Shown in pieces: positions 25,400 through 33,725 of a stretch of DNA of 64,000 nt. Under the pieces are notes generated by a model. The model was given only the letters and a program-made list of their open reading frames with translations. It was not told the origin of the DNA and searched no databases. The number at the start of each line of letters is the position of its first letter. The first letter of the stretch is position 1. The position numbers and the translations under genes were made by a program. This DNA is from a virus (Duplodnaviria; Heunggongvirae; Uroviricota; Caudoviricetes): the IMG/VR virus record IMGVR_UViG_3300001687_000010, one strand, 5' to 3'.

Positions 25400-26683
25400 A
25401 TGATAGTGGAATGGTTTAAAAGGTTTATTAATAGGCATATTATTTGCACTTGTGAGCATCCCGATGTTTGTTTCGATTGTAATAAGGGCAATGAATCTTG
25501 CTATGTTCCCGGCCAGTGTGATTTAATTAAATGCCATATTGAACCCGATGAAGGATGGCCACGACCTAACCAAAAAGGATACGTCCTTATATCCGTAATG
25601 CTCATCCTCTGCCTTTTAACTATTATTGGGATAGCGTCCACCAATATAAGCAATACCGAATTGGCCATATCGGTTAACGAATCCATTTATCAAATGAATA
25701 TTTATGGCGCAGAGGCCGGTTTAGAAGTTGCTCCCGATTATTTAAAAGCAAACCTTACCCGTGCGGACTGGGATAATCCAGATTGGGAAGGCGGAGATAG
25801 TGATACTTTAGGTAATAATGTAACCTATACATATGTTATAAACCATTGGAAAGACGCTGATGGTAATATAATCCGAATGGGTGACGTGGACGGGGATTAT
25901 TTATGGGAACGAAACACGACCATAGGTGTACCGTTTGAAGTGGTACAAAGTGAAGGAACCCATCCACGTGGTGGAAAAACTAAATTAGAACATATATGGG
26001 AACCCGTTCCGCCTTACGTTATGCCCGAAGCGGCCTTATGGGTTAATAATATGGTAAATGGTAACGGTGTATCTGGTGCGATTGTCGGGGAAGGACCGGG
26101 GGATTCTTCGTTGCTATCTAAAGATTATTACGATAGTGATTATAATTGCCCTGCCGTACCGGATATTAAATACGAGTTAATGCCACCTGATATTAAATTC
26201 TCCGGTAATACCGGAGAAACTGAAACCTATGAATTAGCAGGGGCTACATATCCATTTCCGCAAGTAAAAGAAGCTTTAACTCATAACAAATATTGGGAAG
26301 TTGCTTCTACATTGGGTAATAAACTTCCGGCCACAATCGATTTAGGAACGCTCGATGACCCTGTTATTATTATTATCGATACCGGAAGTGATGTTAGCCT
26401 AAATCAAAACATCGTAGGCGCAGGAATTTTATACGTTGAAGGAGATTTAACCATATCTGGTAATTTTAGTTGGGAAGGATTGGTACTGGTAAACGGCAAT
26501 GTAACTTTTAATGGTGGTGGGGCAGCAAACTCCACTATGGTACGGGGTTCGGTGGTTGCGTCAGGAGACGCTGCAGCCATAAACGGTTCCGTGGATTTGA
26601 TATATGACTGCGAAGTTATGTCTAATTTACATGATAGTTTTTTAGCCTATAAGCGGACGCCAACTTGGAGATTTGTAAGATGA
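25400..26683 (+). CDS. PilX-like minor pilin / pilus assembly protein with a Cys-rich leader
   Basis: NQKG|YVLISVMLILCLLTIIGIASTNISNTE...YGAEAGLE matches the PilX N-terminus; C-terminal GAGILYVEGDLTISGNFSWEGLVLVNG beta-rich repeats. Confidence 0.8.
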   Translation: MIVEWFKRFINRHIICTCEHPDVCFDCNKGNESCYVPGQCDLIKCHIEPDEGWPRPNQKGYVLISVMLILCLLTIIGIASTNISNTELAISVNESIYQMNIYGAEAGLEVAPDYLKANLTRADWDNPDWEGGDSDTLGNNVTYTYVINHWKDADGNIIRMGDVDGDYLWERNTTIGVPFEVVQSEGTHPRGGKTKLEHIWEPVPPYVMPEAALWVNNMVNGNGVSGAIVGEGPGDSSLLSKDYYDSDYNCPAVPDIKYELMPPDIKFSGNTGETETYELAGATYPFPQVKEALTHNKYWEVASTLGNKLPATIDLGTLDDPVIIIIDTGSDVSLNQNIVGAGILYVEGDLTISGNFSWEGLVLVNGNVTFNGGGAANSTMVRGSVVASGDAAAINGSVDLIYDCEVMSNLHDSFLAYKRTPTWRFVR

Positions 26684-26871
26684 AAAAACGCTATTTTATC
26701 GAACTTGTAAAAGTCCGTGATGAGCGAGTTGTTTATAAAGGCTTGGTATGGACGACCAGTATGCCCAGACTCGTTGAAGAACTCGCATATAAGGGTTATA
26801 TGGTAACAACATATTACGAATGGGCTATCGGTTGTCAGCCCAAAATAATCCAGTTAGGGGAGATAAAATGA
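26680..26871 (+). CDS. Hypothetical protein
   Basis: Coupled ORF (MKKRYFIEL). Confidence 0.5.
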   Translation: MKKRYFIELVKVRDERVVYKGLVWTTSMPRLVEELAYKGYMVTTYYEWAIGCQPKIIQLGEIK

Positions 26872-26985
26872 AAAAAATGAAAAAATGTTGTCGGGAGAAT
26901 AAACCAAACGGCTATAATCCTCACCATATCTATATGTGCCCAGATTGTCAGACGGTACATCCGCCCGAAAAAAAGGAGAATTAAA

Positions 26986-27237
26986 ATGAAACTCGATTTT
27001 TCAGAATTAATTACAAAGTTAAAATCTCTTGAAACGGCTTTTAATAAAGCAGAAGACCCTGTAACACGTTTCGCTATTCTTGAAACCATCAATCATATCG
27101 GGGAAAAGGAAATTCCGATACGTGATTTTTGGTATAATCAGTATCGCAGGGCTACACTTAAAACATTCGGTGCGAACCCTGATGCAGACCCAAGTTCAGC
27201 AGAAGTATATGCATTGCGGCCTAACCGCACGGCCTGA
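26986..27237 (+). CDS. Hypothetical protein
   Basis: SD AGGAG. Confidence 0.6.
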   Translation: MKLDFSELITKLKSLETAFNKAEDPVTRFAILETINHIGEKEIPIRDFWYNQYRRATLKTFGANPDADPSSAEVYALRPNRTA

Positions 27238-27321
27238 AGTACCCGGAATTAAACCGTATTGCTGAATATTAATAGCAAACCATCCATCAGCTTCTTTGGC
27301 AGGTATGAAATAAAATAATTG

Positions 27322-27350
27322 TTTACAATTCCGCCTTATTATAGTATAAT
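27322..27350 (+). promoter_or_regulatory. sigma70-like early promoter
   Basis: TTTACA-N17-TATAAT. Confidence 0.75.
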
Positions 27351-27356
27351 GTATCC

Positions 27357-27596
27357 ATGATTACGCCTTCACCACCTACCGAAGACGAAAAAATCGCTAT
27401 GGTTGTTTGTAACGATAGGGTTTTATTTGAGATATCGGAGCAGAAAAACCGCAAGTGGACTTTTCTTATTAAAGGGGAAGGGCGTAAAATCAAAATGAAA
27501 GACTTACCCTTAAATAAAGCGCATAAATTGTTAATGCGAGCTATAAACATTAGAGCTGAATGGGAGAAAGAAAATGACTTGGGCAAATCAAAATGA
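27357..27596 (+). CDS. Hypothetical protein
   Basis: ORF track; start uncertain. Confidence 0.5.
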   Translation: MITPSPPTEDEKIAMVVCNDRVLFEISEQKNRKWTFLIKGEGRKIKMKDLPLNKAHKLLMRAINIRAEWEKENDLGKSK

Positions 27597-27966
27597 CCCG
27601 ACTTTTGAAAAGCAGATAGTTTTTGAACTAAACGAAGAAGCCTTAAAACGGATTCTCCAGTCATATATACGGGAAGTTAAAAAAGAACCCGTACCGGAAA
27701 TAGATGACCTTAAACTGCTTTTTCATGTTGGGGATGAGCGCACTGAAGACGGGACGGTATATTTTAGCTTTACCCAAAAGGATTTAGACGAATATTTAGA
27801 CCCTAAAGACGATTTTAATAGCGACCCGGATGATGAGAATAGCGAGAATAGCATTGATACTTGGAATTCTGTTAGCGTACTGCCGTGCGGAAAAGATTCA
27901 TGCCCAGTTGCAGAGGACAAGGTTCCACTTGAGGATGATAATTGGGAACTTGATAATACAGAATGA
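27574..27966 (+). CDS. Acidic hypothetical protein
   Basis: SD GGGAG. Confidence 0.6.
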   Translation: MTWANQNDPTFEKQIVFELNEEALKRILQSYIREVKKEPVPEIDDLKLLFHVGDERTEDGTVYFSFTQKDLDEYLDPKDDFNSDPDDENSENSIDTWNSVSVLPCGKDSCPVAEDKVPLEDDNWELDNTE

Positions 27967-28544
27967 AATTAATTGATATAGCTTTTGACCTTGACGGGTG
28001 TTTGGTTGATATAATGCCCGTTGTTAAAAAACTACTTAAAGAAAAACATGGGGCAGAAATGCTCCCCATAAAAAAATGGCGGATTTATACCGAGCCATTC
28101 CTACCGGATAATCTAATATGGGAGTGCATCCACGAATCTTACGAACAAATGGATGATATTGTTATTCTCCCCGGCGCACACGAGTTACTCTATAAACTTT
28201 TTTGCCTGTCGGACGGGGATGACCCTGTTAAAATCATTACGGCTCGGCCACCTAAACGAGCGGCCAATGCTACCTACCAATTTTTAAGTGAATATTTATG
28301 CGACTTTCCTTATGAACTGGTTATCACTTCAAACCATAGTAAATTACCGTACCTTAACCGATATAAGTATTACGTGGACGATAAACGGATTAACGCCATT
28401 GAGTTAGCCAGTGAGGGCATACACGTCTTTATGCCTAAATGGGAGTATAATACATTAGGAGTTAGAGAATATCCTAATATAACGCTAATAGACGGGGTTA
28501 AAGACCTAATTCCACGAGCAGAGGAGTTTATTAAGACCATATGA
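27963..28544 (+). CDS. HAD-family 5'(3')-deoxyribonucleotidase-like protein
   Basis: DLDGCLVD motif I, IITAR motif II, YYVDD motif IV. Confidence 0.8.
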   Translation: MKLIDIAFDLDGCLVDIMPVVKKLLKEKHGAEMLPIKKWRIYTEPFLPDNLIWECIHESYEQMDDIVILPGAHELLYKLFCLSDGDDPVKIITARPPKRAANATYQFLSEYLCDFPYELVITSNHSKLPYLNRYKYYVDDKRINAIELASEGIHVFMPKWEYNTLGVREYPNITLIDGVKDLIPRAEEFIKTI

Positions 28545-28786
28545 ATACTTTGGATGTGCAGGTTGGTGGAGACCATTATAAAACGATGGGCTTACAACCT
28601 TGGGAAATTATAGAAGCGAATAAATTGGATTTTTGGGAAGGAAATGCATTAAAATATTTATTAAGATGGCGTACTGATAAAGGCAGACCCGAGGAAGACC
28701 TCGACAAGGTTATTCATTATATAGAGCATATAAAGAATTTATATAAAAAAGGATATTATGCGACTTCTCCAGAATCGCTTACTTAA
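28541..28786 (+). CDS. DUF3310 family protein
   Basis: QVGGDHYK..QPWE..FWEGNALKYLLR..K..EDLDK. Confidence 0.85.
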   Translation: MNTLDVQVGGDHYKTMGLQPWEIIEANKLDFWEGNALKYLLRWRTDKGRPEEDLDKVIHYIEHIKNLYKKGYYATSPESLT

Positions 28787-29027
28787 TTTTGGTTGACCAT
28801 GTCTGGAAGCCTATTGCCGCACCGATAATAGAAGTAAATGCAAAATATATCCAAGCCGATGCTTCGGCTATAATTTGCAATCTGGATTCAGGTACAAAAA
28901 ACCATAAAGCAATGGTAAATCCTATTAATGCTCCCATAGATACCCAAGCCAAACCTACTTTATTCTCAAATCTTTGCCTTTCTAATTTACCGTTAACCTT
29001 TTTTTCACCCAAACCAGTATCTTCCAT
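28779..29027 (-). CDS. Small two-TM membrane protein (holin-like)
   Basis: Two hydrophobic helices; located at the end of the late baseplate operon. Confidence 0.5.
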   Translation of the reverse strand: MEDTGLGEKKVNGKLERQRFENKVGLAWVSMGALIGFTIALWFFVPESRLQIIAEASAWIYFAFTSIIGAAIGFQTWSTKIK

Positions 29028-29036
29028 TTTTACTCC

Positions 29037-29981
29037 TTAGTTATTAAAGTTTTCATTAACTGTTTTATTAGTTCGTATAATATCTTGCTGTTTACCAATA
29101 ATTCTTTGGTCTGCTTGTGTTATTTCAGTTGTCGGGTTTTGTGAAGATGATGTTACATTTACGAGGCTTCCCTCTGTAATTGTGGTCTCAAATAACGGGG
29201 ACATATCCCTAAATTCTATGGTTAAATCACATACAGTCGGATAACCATCTATATATGGTGCTTTCCAAGTAGGCTGAACGCTTAAACAAGCGGCATAATC
29301 GCAATCCAATAGCCCCGGTGGGTCGGTTCTAATAGAGAATATATGCGGAAAATCGATAGCAATAGCCCCTAATGAGCGAGGAGCTGAGTATTTTTGTAAT
29401 AATTTAACTGCATTAACAACTGTATTTCCACCTTCTGAGTCCGCCAGAGTAATCTCAAATTGCCATTGTCGTCTTTGAGAACCCGTATATGATAGCGGAG
29501 TATCAACTTTAAATTTAGGAATACGATAACTTGCAAGACCGGCATTTGTTAACAATGATTTAATTCTTTGACCAGTTGGGAGTTTTTTGGTTGCGCTAAA
29601 AGCCCGTCCGACAGAACTAACGATACCGGCTACCTTTTCAACACCCGCTTCAACCGTTAAAACCTTTTCCAACAAACGAGATTGTATAGATTGATATTCC
29701 TGCCATTCGTGCATATGCTGTTCTAAAATTGATAGAGGCGCAAGAAACTTAAATAAGGTTTTTCTTTTACCAGTTCTAATTTGACCACGACCGGCAGTTA
29801 TGATAGATTCTACCTCCATAGCCTGAAAACATAACCATAATGCATTTTTAAAATTAGCATGGGGGAATCTCCGGCCCGGGATTTTTATAAACGGAACTTC
29901 TGTAAATTGATTTTTAACTTGTGCATTTCGGGCCGATATTTTTTCTTGTACCACTCTATCTTGATTTTTAAATACTGGCAT
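29037..29981 (-). CDS. Baseplate tail-tube cap, T4 gp48-like
   Basis: YTGSQRRQWQFEITL, FPHIFSI and DGYP..CDLTIEFRDM motifs; position next to the tape measure gene. Confidence 0.65.
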   Translation of the reverse strand: MPVFKNQDRVVQEKISARNAQVKNQFTEVPFIKIPGRRFPHANFKNALWLCFQAMEVESIITAGRGQIRTGKRKTLFKFLAPLSILEQHMHEWQEYQSIQSRLLEKVLTVEAGVEKVAGIVSSVGRAFSATKKLPTGQRIKSLLTNAGLASYRIPKFKVDTPLSYTGSQRRQWQFEITLADSEGGNTVVNAVKLLQKYSAPRSLGAIAIDFPHIFSIRTDPPGLLDCDYAACLSVQPTWKAPYIDGYPTVCDLTIEFRDMSPLFETTITEGSLVNVTSSSQNPTTEITQADQRIIGKQQDIIRTNKTVNENFNN

Positions 29982-29982
29982 T

Positions 29983-31611
29983 TTAATTTCCTTGTAAATC
30001 TAATATCGCTAAATTTTGCATTGTTGCGGGGTCATTAATACTCTCCGGTATTGATTGGCCTGCAACATCATTACGATTTAAGCCTATTGAAGCCATCGAT
30101 TCTGCCGCCGCTTTCATTGCTTGATTATATAACTCTTGCTGTTGTTTAGGTAAATCTTTTATTGACCAATCTAAATCCCTTAAAGTATCCCTTAATTCTT
30201 TACGTTCTTTTTCTGCTTCTGGTCCTCTTTTATCTGATAATTCTCTTAATTTAGCACCTAAATTAGCTCTATGTCGTACTATTTCTGTCGCTTGTTCGGC
30301 TGAAGTTATACCAGTGGTTTGTACCATTGCTGTTGCTTCCCGTACCTTTCTCAATCTCACATTTGTTGTTTCTAAACCTAATTTTTCCGCAATCCAATCT
30401 ATTTTATCCTGCCACCAATCTCTTAATTTATACCACCAACCAATTGTAGCATCTATTAAATTTTGAATAGCTTTATTAGTAACGCTTAATTGCTCTCGGA
30501 AAGCATCGTCTGATAAATATTTACTTGGTTTAAAATTTATACCAAGCCAACTAAGTAAGGCATCACCTATCCATCCTAAAAGTTTACGGGGCAAACTGGT
30601 TAATGCCACCGCACCCTCAATAGATGCTTCATCCAATCCGCCTCCACCTTTAATAACTCTTATCCACGCTTTAAGTGCGTTACCTATCATATAACCAAGT
30701 GCGCCTATAAGACCGAATCGCAAAAGCAAAGGACCGAGACCGCCCATAGAACGAAGAAGTGCGCTGACAAGCCCGCCGCCACCGGGTGCAAGCAAATCTC
30801 CAAGTTTTTCAAATATACCTTTCTTTCCTGCTTTTTTAGAAATTTTTGAAACCCTTTCTCCTTTAACAAGATACTCTATACCTTCACGCATTTTTGCAAT
30901 ATTTTTGGCCATGCGTTTTTCTCTATCTTCCTTTCTCCGCATTGTTATAGCATCCCAAACCGAAGATACTGCACCTTTTATAAAATTATAAGTAGTTTTA
31001 ACAGCATCCAATGCCCAGTCAATAACTTCAGCAACCGGACCAAGAACTTCTCTAACGTGTCTACCAATACCCTGTGCCACTCTTACCATACCGGCCATAA
31101 ACTTCTGTGTGGATTCCTTTTCCCAAAAGTTTTTGCCGATTTGATATAACTTAGAGCTATCCTTCCATCTCTGGATTCTTTCTTTAACTGATTGTTTAAT
31201 ACCTTCTTTCCATTCTCTAACTCTATCACCCCATTGAATCATTATAGATTCAAAACGGCTAAAACCTAATTCTCGTATAACCTCACGTTTTAAGTTAGCA
31301 CCACCTTGCTCTAAAAGGATATTAGCATTTTTTATATATTTTTGAGTAGATATAACCTGTTTTTCAAGCGCAGAACGACCTTTCTTTCCTTCGTCTGCTT
31401 TTTTCTCAGCAGTCTGGGCATATTTTTTAAGTTTTTCTAAATTCTTATCAATATTTTTTTGATTCTTTTCATCTTTTTCTGCTTGTTCTTGGGCTTTTTT
31501 GGTAAGAATATCAAGATTTTTCTTCTGGTCTTGATTGGACTTTACATTCTGCCCAATTTGAACAACCAAAGTTTTAATATTTTTATCTATTGATTGAAAA
31601 TAATCAGTCAT
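29983..31611 (-). CDS. Tape measure / baseplate hub protein (T4 gp29-like)
   Basis: 542-aa helical protein with a Gly-rich hydrophobic centre, located between gp26-like and gp48-like genes. Confidence 0.6.
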   Translation of the reverse strand: MTDYFQSIDKNIKTLVVQIGQNVKSNQDQKKNLDILTKKAQEQAEKDEKNQKNIDKNLEKLKKYAQTAEKKADEGKKGRSALEKQVISTQKYIKNANILLEQGGANLKREVIRELGFSRFESIMIQWGDRVREWKEGIKQSVKERIQRWKDSSKLYQIGKNFWEKESTQKFMAGMVRVAQGIGRHVREVLGPVAEVIDWALDAVKTTYNFIKGAVSSVWDAITMRRKEDREKRMAKNIAKMREGIEYLVKGERVSKISKKAGKKGIFEKLGDLLAPGGGGLVSALLRSMGGLGPLLLRFGLIGALGYMIGNALKAWIRVIKGGGGLDEASIEGAVALTSLPRKLLGWIGDALLSWLGINFKPSKYLSDDAFREQLSVTNKAIQNLIDATIGWWYKLRDWWQDKIDWIAEKLGLETTNVRLRKVREATAMVQTTGITSAEQATEIVRHRANLGAKLRELSDKRGPEAEKERKELRDTLRDLDWSIKDLPKQQQELYNQAMKAAAESMASIGLNRNDVAGQSIPESINDPATMQNLAILDLQGN

Positions 31612-31625
31612 AAAATCTCCAATAA

Positions 31626-31663
31626 AAAAAGTCTAAAAGTGTTTTGTACCCTTTAGACTTTTT
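31626..31663. terminator. Terminator-like hairpin upstream of the tape measure gene
   Basis: AAAAAGTCTAAA/TTTAGACTTTTT 12-bp inverted repeat with T tails on both strands. Confidence 0.65.
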
Positions 31664-31677
31664 AAATCCGTTAGCCA

Positions 31678-31851
31678 TTAAAGGCTAAGTGCGGCACCTG
31701 CTTGAATCATTTCTAATTTTTGTTTCTCTCTTTTTAATGCTAAATCCACTAAAGCGTATCGTTCAAAATCTGCTAAATGGTTTGATTCTGATATTGATAT
31801 TCCGTATTCCGCTAATAAGAATTGCTCCTCCATTAACGATTCTAAATTCAT
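31678..31851 (-). CDS. gp51-like 57-aa ORF, probably the -1 frameshift extension of gp26
   Basis: Not in the track. MNLESLMEEQFLLAEYGISISESNHLADFERYALV...; no clear SD; open in the -1 frame back to the slippery site. Confidence 0.65.
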   Translation of the reverse strand: MNLESLMEEQFLLAEYGISISESNHLADFERYALVDLALKREKQKLEMIQAGAALSL

Positions 31852-31865
31852 ACCAAATAAACTAA

Positions 31866-32738
31866 TTATAAAAAAAAATTATCTGGCGATGTATCTATTT
31901 CTTCAGTATGCTGGCAGGATTTACATTTAATTTCGATTTCCATATCTACGCCAAAGTCGTATATATCGTGCCATTCTAATATTTTTTCATACAAAAAAGT
32001 TGGGATGTTTTCGACAAAGTATTTTTTATTTATTAAGTCCGGTCTTTGTTTTCCATCTGGTGTTATAATTTGCTCTATACTCGCTGCCAGCATCCACATA
32101 GCCAGTTCTGATTCTGCAACTAAATCGCTTGTTTTATCATCTGCTGCGCCTAATATTTTAAATATCTCTTTTTCATCCGAAATTTTAAGATGGCGCATGG
32201 ACACAGAAATGTTCTCATCCAGTTTTACTATCGGGTTAACATCCTCTGGCATGGATGTAATTTTAACTTTATCTAAATCGATAGAAATAATGTTTTGTGA
32301 GTTACATTCTGTACAATTGTATTGAAATTGATAATTAGAACCTTTAGTTTGCTTTCTAATTTCTAAAGTTAAATATGCTCTATCTTTAATATACAGATTA
32401 TCTATATTATAATCAATTAAAAGGTCTTGTAATAGTCCATAAATAGCATCAGTCATATCCTCTATTTTAGTTGTATCTACTGTAACAAGCCTTTTAAAAT
32501 GGGCGGCGGTGATTGGTTTAAATTTTACGGTTTCTCCACTACCCGGAAGTGTACAGCTAAATTTATATACGTTTAGGTATTTCCTAAAATCGGTGACCTC
32601 TGCTTCGGGAGCTTCTTCGATTTCTTCTTCCTCGATAACAGGGTCACCGAGCGTCTCCTGTATTTTTTCAGGTTGTTTTACAGGTTTCTTTTCAACCCTC
32701 TGAATCGGGCCTTTCACCTTACGAGTTCTTTGTACCAT
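31866..32738 (-). CDS. Baseplate hub subunit / tail assembly chaperone, T4 gp26-like
   Basis: LPGSGETVKFKP, DRAYLTLEIRKQTKG, CTEC and CKSC motifs; TATAAATA at 32764-32771. Confidence 0.8.
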   Translation of the reverse strand: MVQRTRKVKGPIQRVEKKPVKQPEKIQETLGDPVIEEEEIEEAPEAEVTDFRKYLNVYKFSCTLPGSGETVKFKPITAAHFKRLVTVDTTKIEDMTDAIYGLLQDLLIDYNIDNLYIKDRAYLTLEIRKQTKGSNYQFQYNCTECNSQNIISIDLDKVKITSMPEDVNPIVKLDENISVSMRHLKISDEKEIFKILGAADDKTSDLVAESELAMWMLAASIEQIITPDGKQRPDLINKKYFVENIPTFLYEKILEWHDIYDFGVDMEIEIKCKSCQHTEEIDTSPDNFFL

Positions 32739-32766
32739 TTTACCTCACTGCTTATTTTACTTTTAT

Positions 32767-33138
32767 TTATAGGGCTATTGCGGCTATAATTACGATAGCC
32801 AAAACTACGCCACCGGCTAAAATATACCACTTATATTTCTTAAAAAAGCCTTCGGCATCGTCTGCGAATTCGCCAATATCCTCTTTGATATCATCAATTT
32901 TGCTTTCGACTTTATCCTTAATTTCGTTAAACTCCGCTTCCATTTTTTCCAAATTCTTTTTAATCTCATCTTGGAAATTTTCAGTAGCGTTTTCAAGAAG
33001 GTCTTTGTAGGTTTCAAGCAAATTTTGTAGGTCTTTAAGTTTACCCTGAAACTCTGCTTCGGCCTTTGCTTTTAACTCTTTAATTTTAGCCTCAAGCTCA
33101 TCAATTTTTTCTTTTAATTCATCAATAAAATCACTCAT
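32767..33138 (-). CDS. Coiled-coil protein with a C-terminal membrane anchor
   Basis: Apolipoprotein-like amphipathic repeats followed by WYILAGGVVLAIVIIAAIAL. Confidence 0.7.
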   Translation of the reverse strand: MSDFIDELKEKIDELEAKIKELKAKAEAEFQGKLKDLQNLLETYKDLLENATENFQDEIKKNLEKMEAEFNEIKDKVESKIDDIKEDIGEFADDAEGFFKKYKWYILAGGVVLAIVIIAAIAL

Positions 33139-33163
33139 TTAATATCTCCTTACAAAATATTTA

Positions 33164-33700
33164 TTAACTACCAGTTGGGTTTGTTATTTCATGATACTGG
33201 TATCTAAGTGTAACGTCAAATTGCGTAATTTCTGCCGTAGCGTAGTCCAAGTTAGCGGCGGCAATATCTTGCGGCCAAGCATCGTGTAACTTAAACTCCA
33301 AAATCGGGTCGCCATCATAACCGACAAGCTGTAATCTCTGGTCTACCATATACTCACTAATTAGCGCATATTCATTCGTTACAGGATTGTGGATTAAATT
33401 TGCCCATTTTTCAAAATTCTGACGGATATAGGCATTATAATCAGTATTAAAAGTAATTTGAATAGCGTTAAATGTATGCTTGCTCGCTATAAAAAAGTCA
33501 TAGCCTTGCCAATTTAGCGTCAATTCTTCAAGAGTTGTCTGAGGCATCTGGGCGGTCTTAACCAAATATACAGACCTTTCATTATTCATATCTCCGGTAA
33601 CTGCGTCCGCAGGAAATGCCGGGATGAAATAAAATAAATTAGACCTCTGGCCATCCCTAAAATTACTTTTAAATCCGTCAATTGTAAATCTGACTGGCAT
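33164..33700 (-). CDS. Tail tube protein, T4 gp19-like
   Basis: RSNLFYF, TAQMPQTTL, ITFNTD, DAWPQDI..LDY and FDVTLRYQY motifs; TATAAATA at 33723-33730. Confidence 0.9.
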   Translation of the reverse strand: MPVRFTIDGFKSNFRDGQRSNLFYFIPAFPADAVTGDMNNERSVYLVKTAQMPQTTLEELTLNWQGYDFFIASKHTFNAIQITFNTDYNAYIRQNFEKWANLIHNPVTNEYALISEYMVDQRLQLVGYDGDPILEFKLHDAWPQDIAAANLDYATAEITQFDVTLRYQYHEITNPTGS

Positions 33701-33725
33701 GTTTCATTCTCCTATTATTAACTAT

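Noticed and set aside
27255-27292. ATTCAGCAA (minus) and AGCAAACCAT (plus), resembling R2
   Set aside because: No TGG-containing terminal stem with the correct geometry; probably chance.
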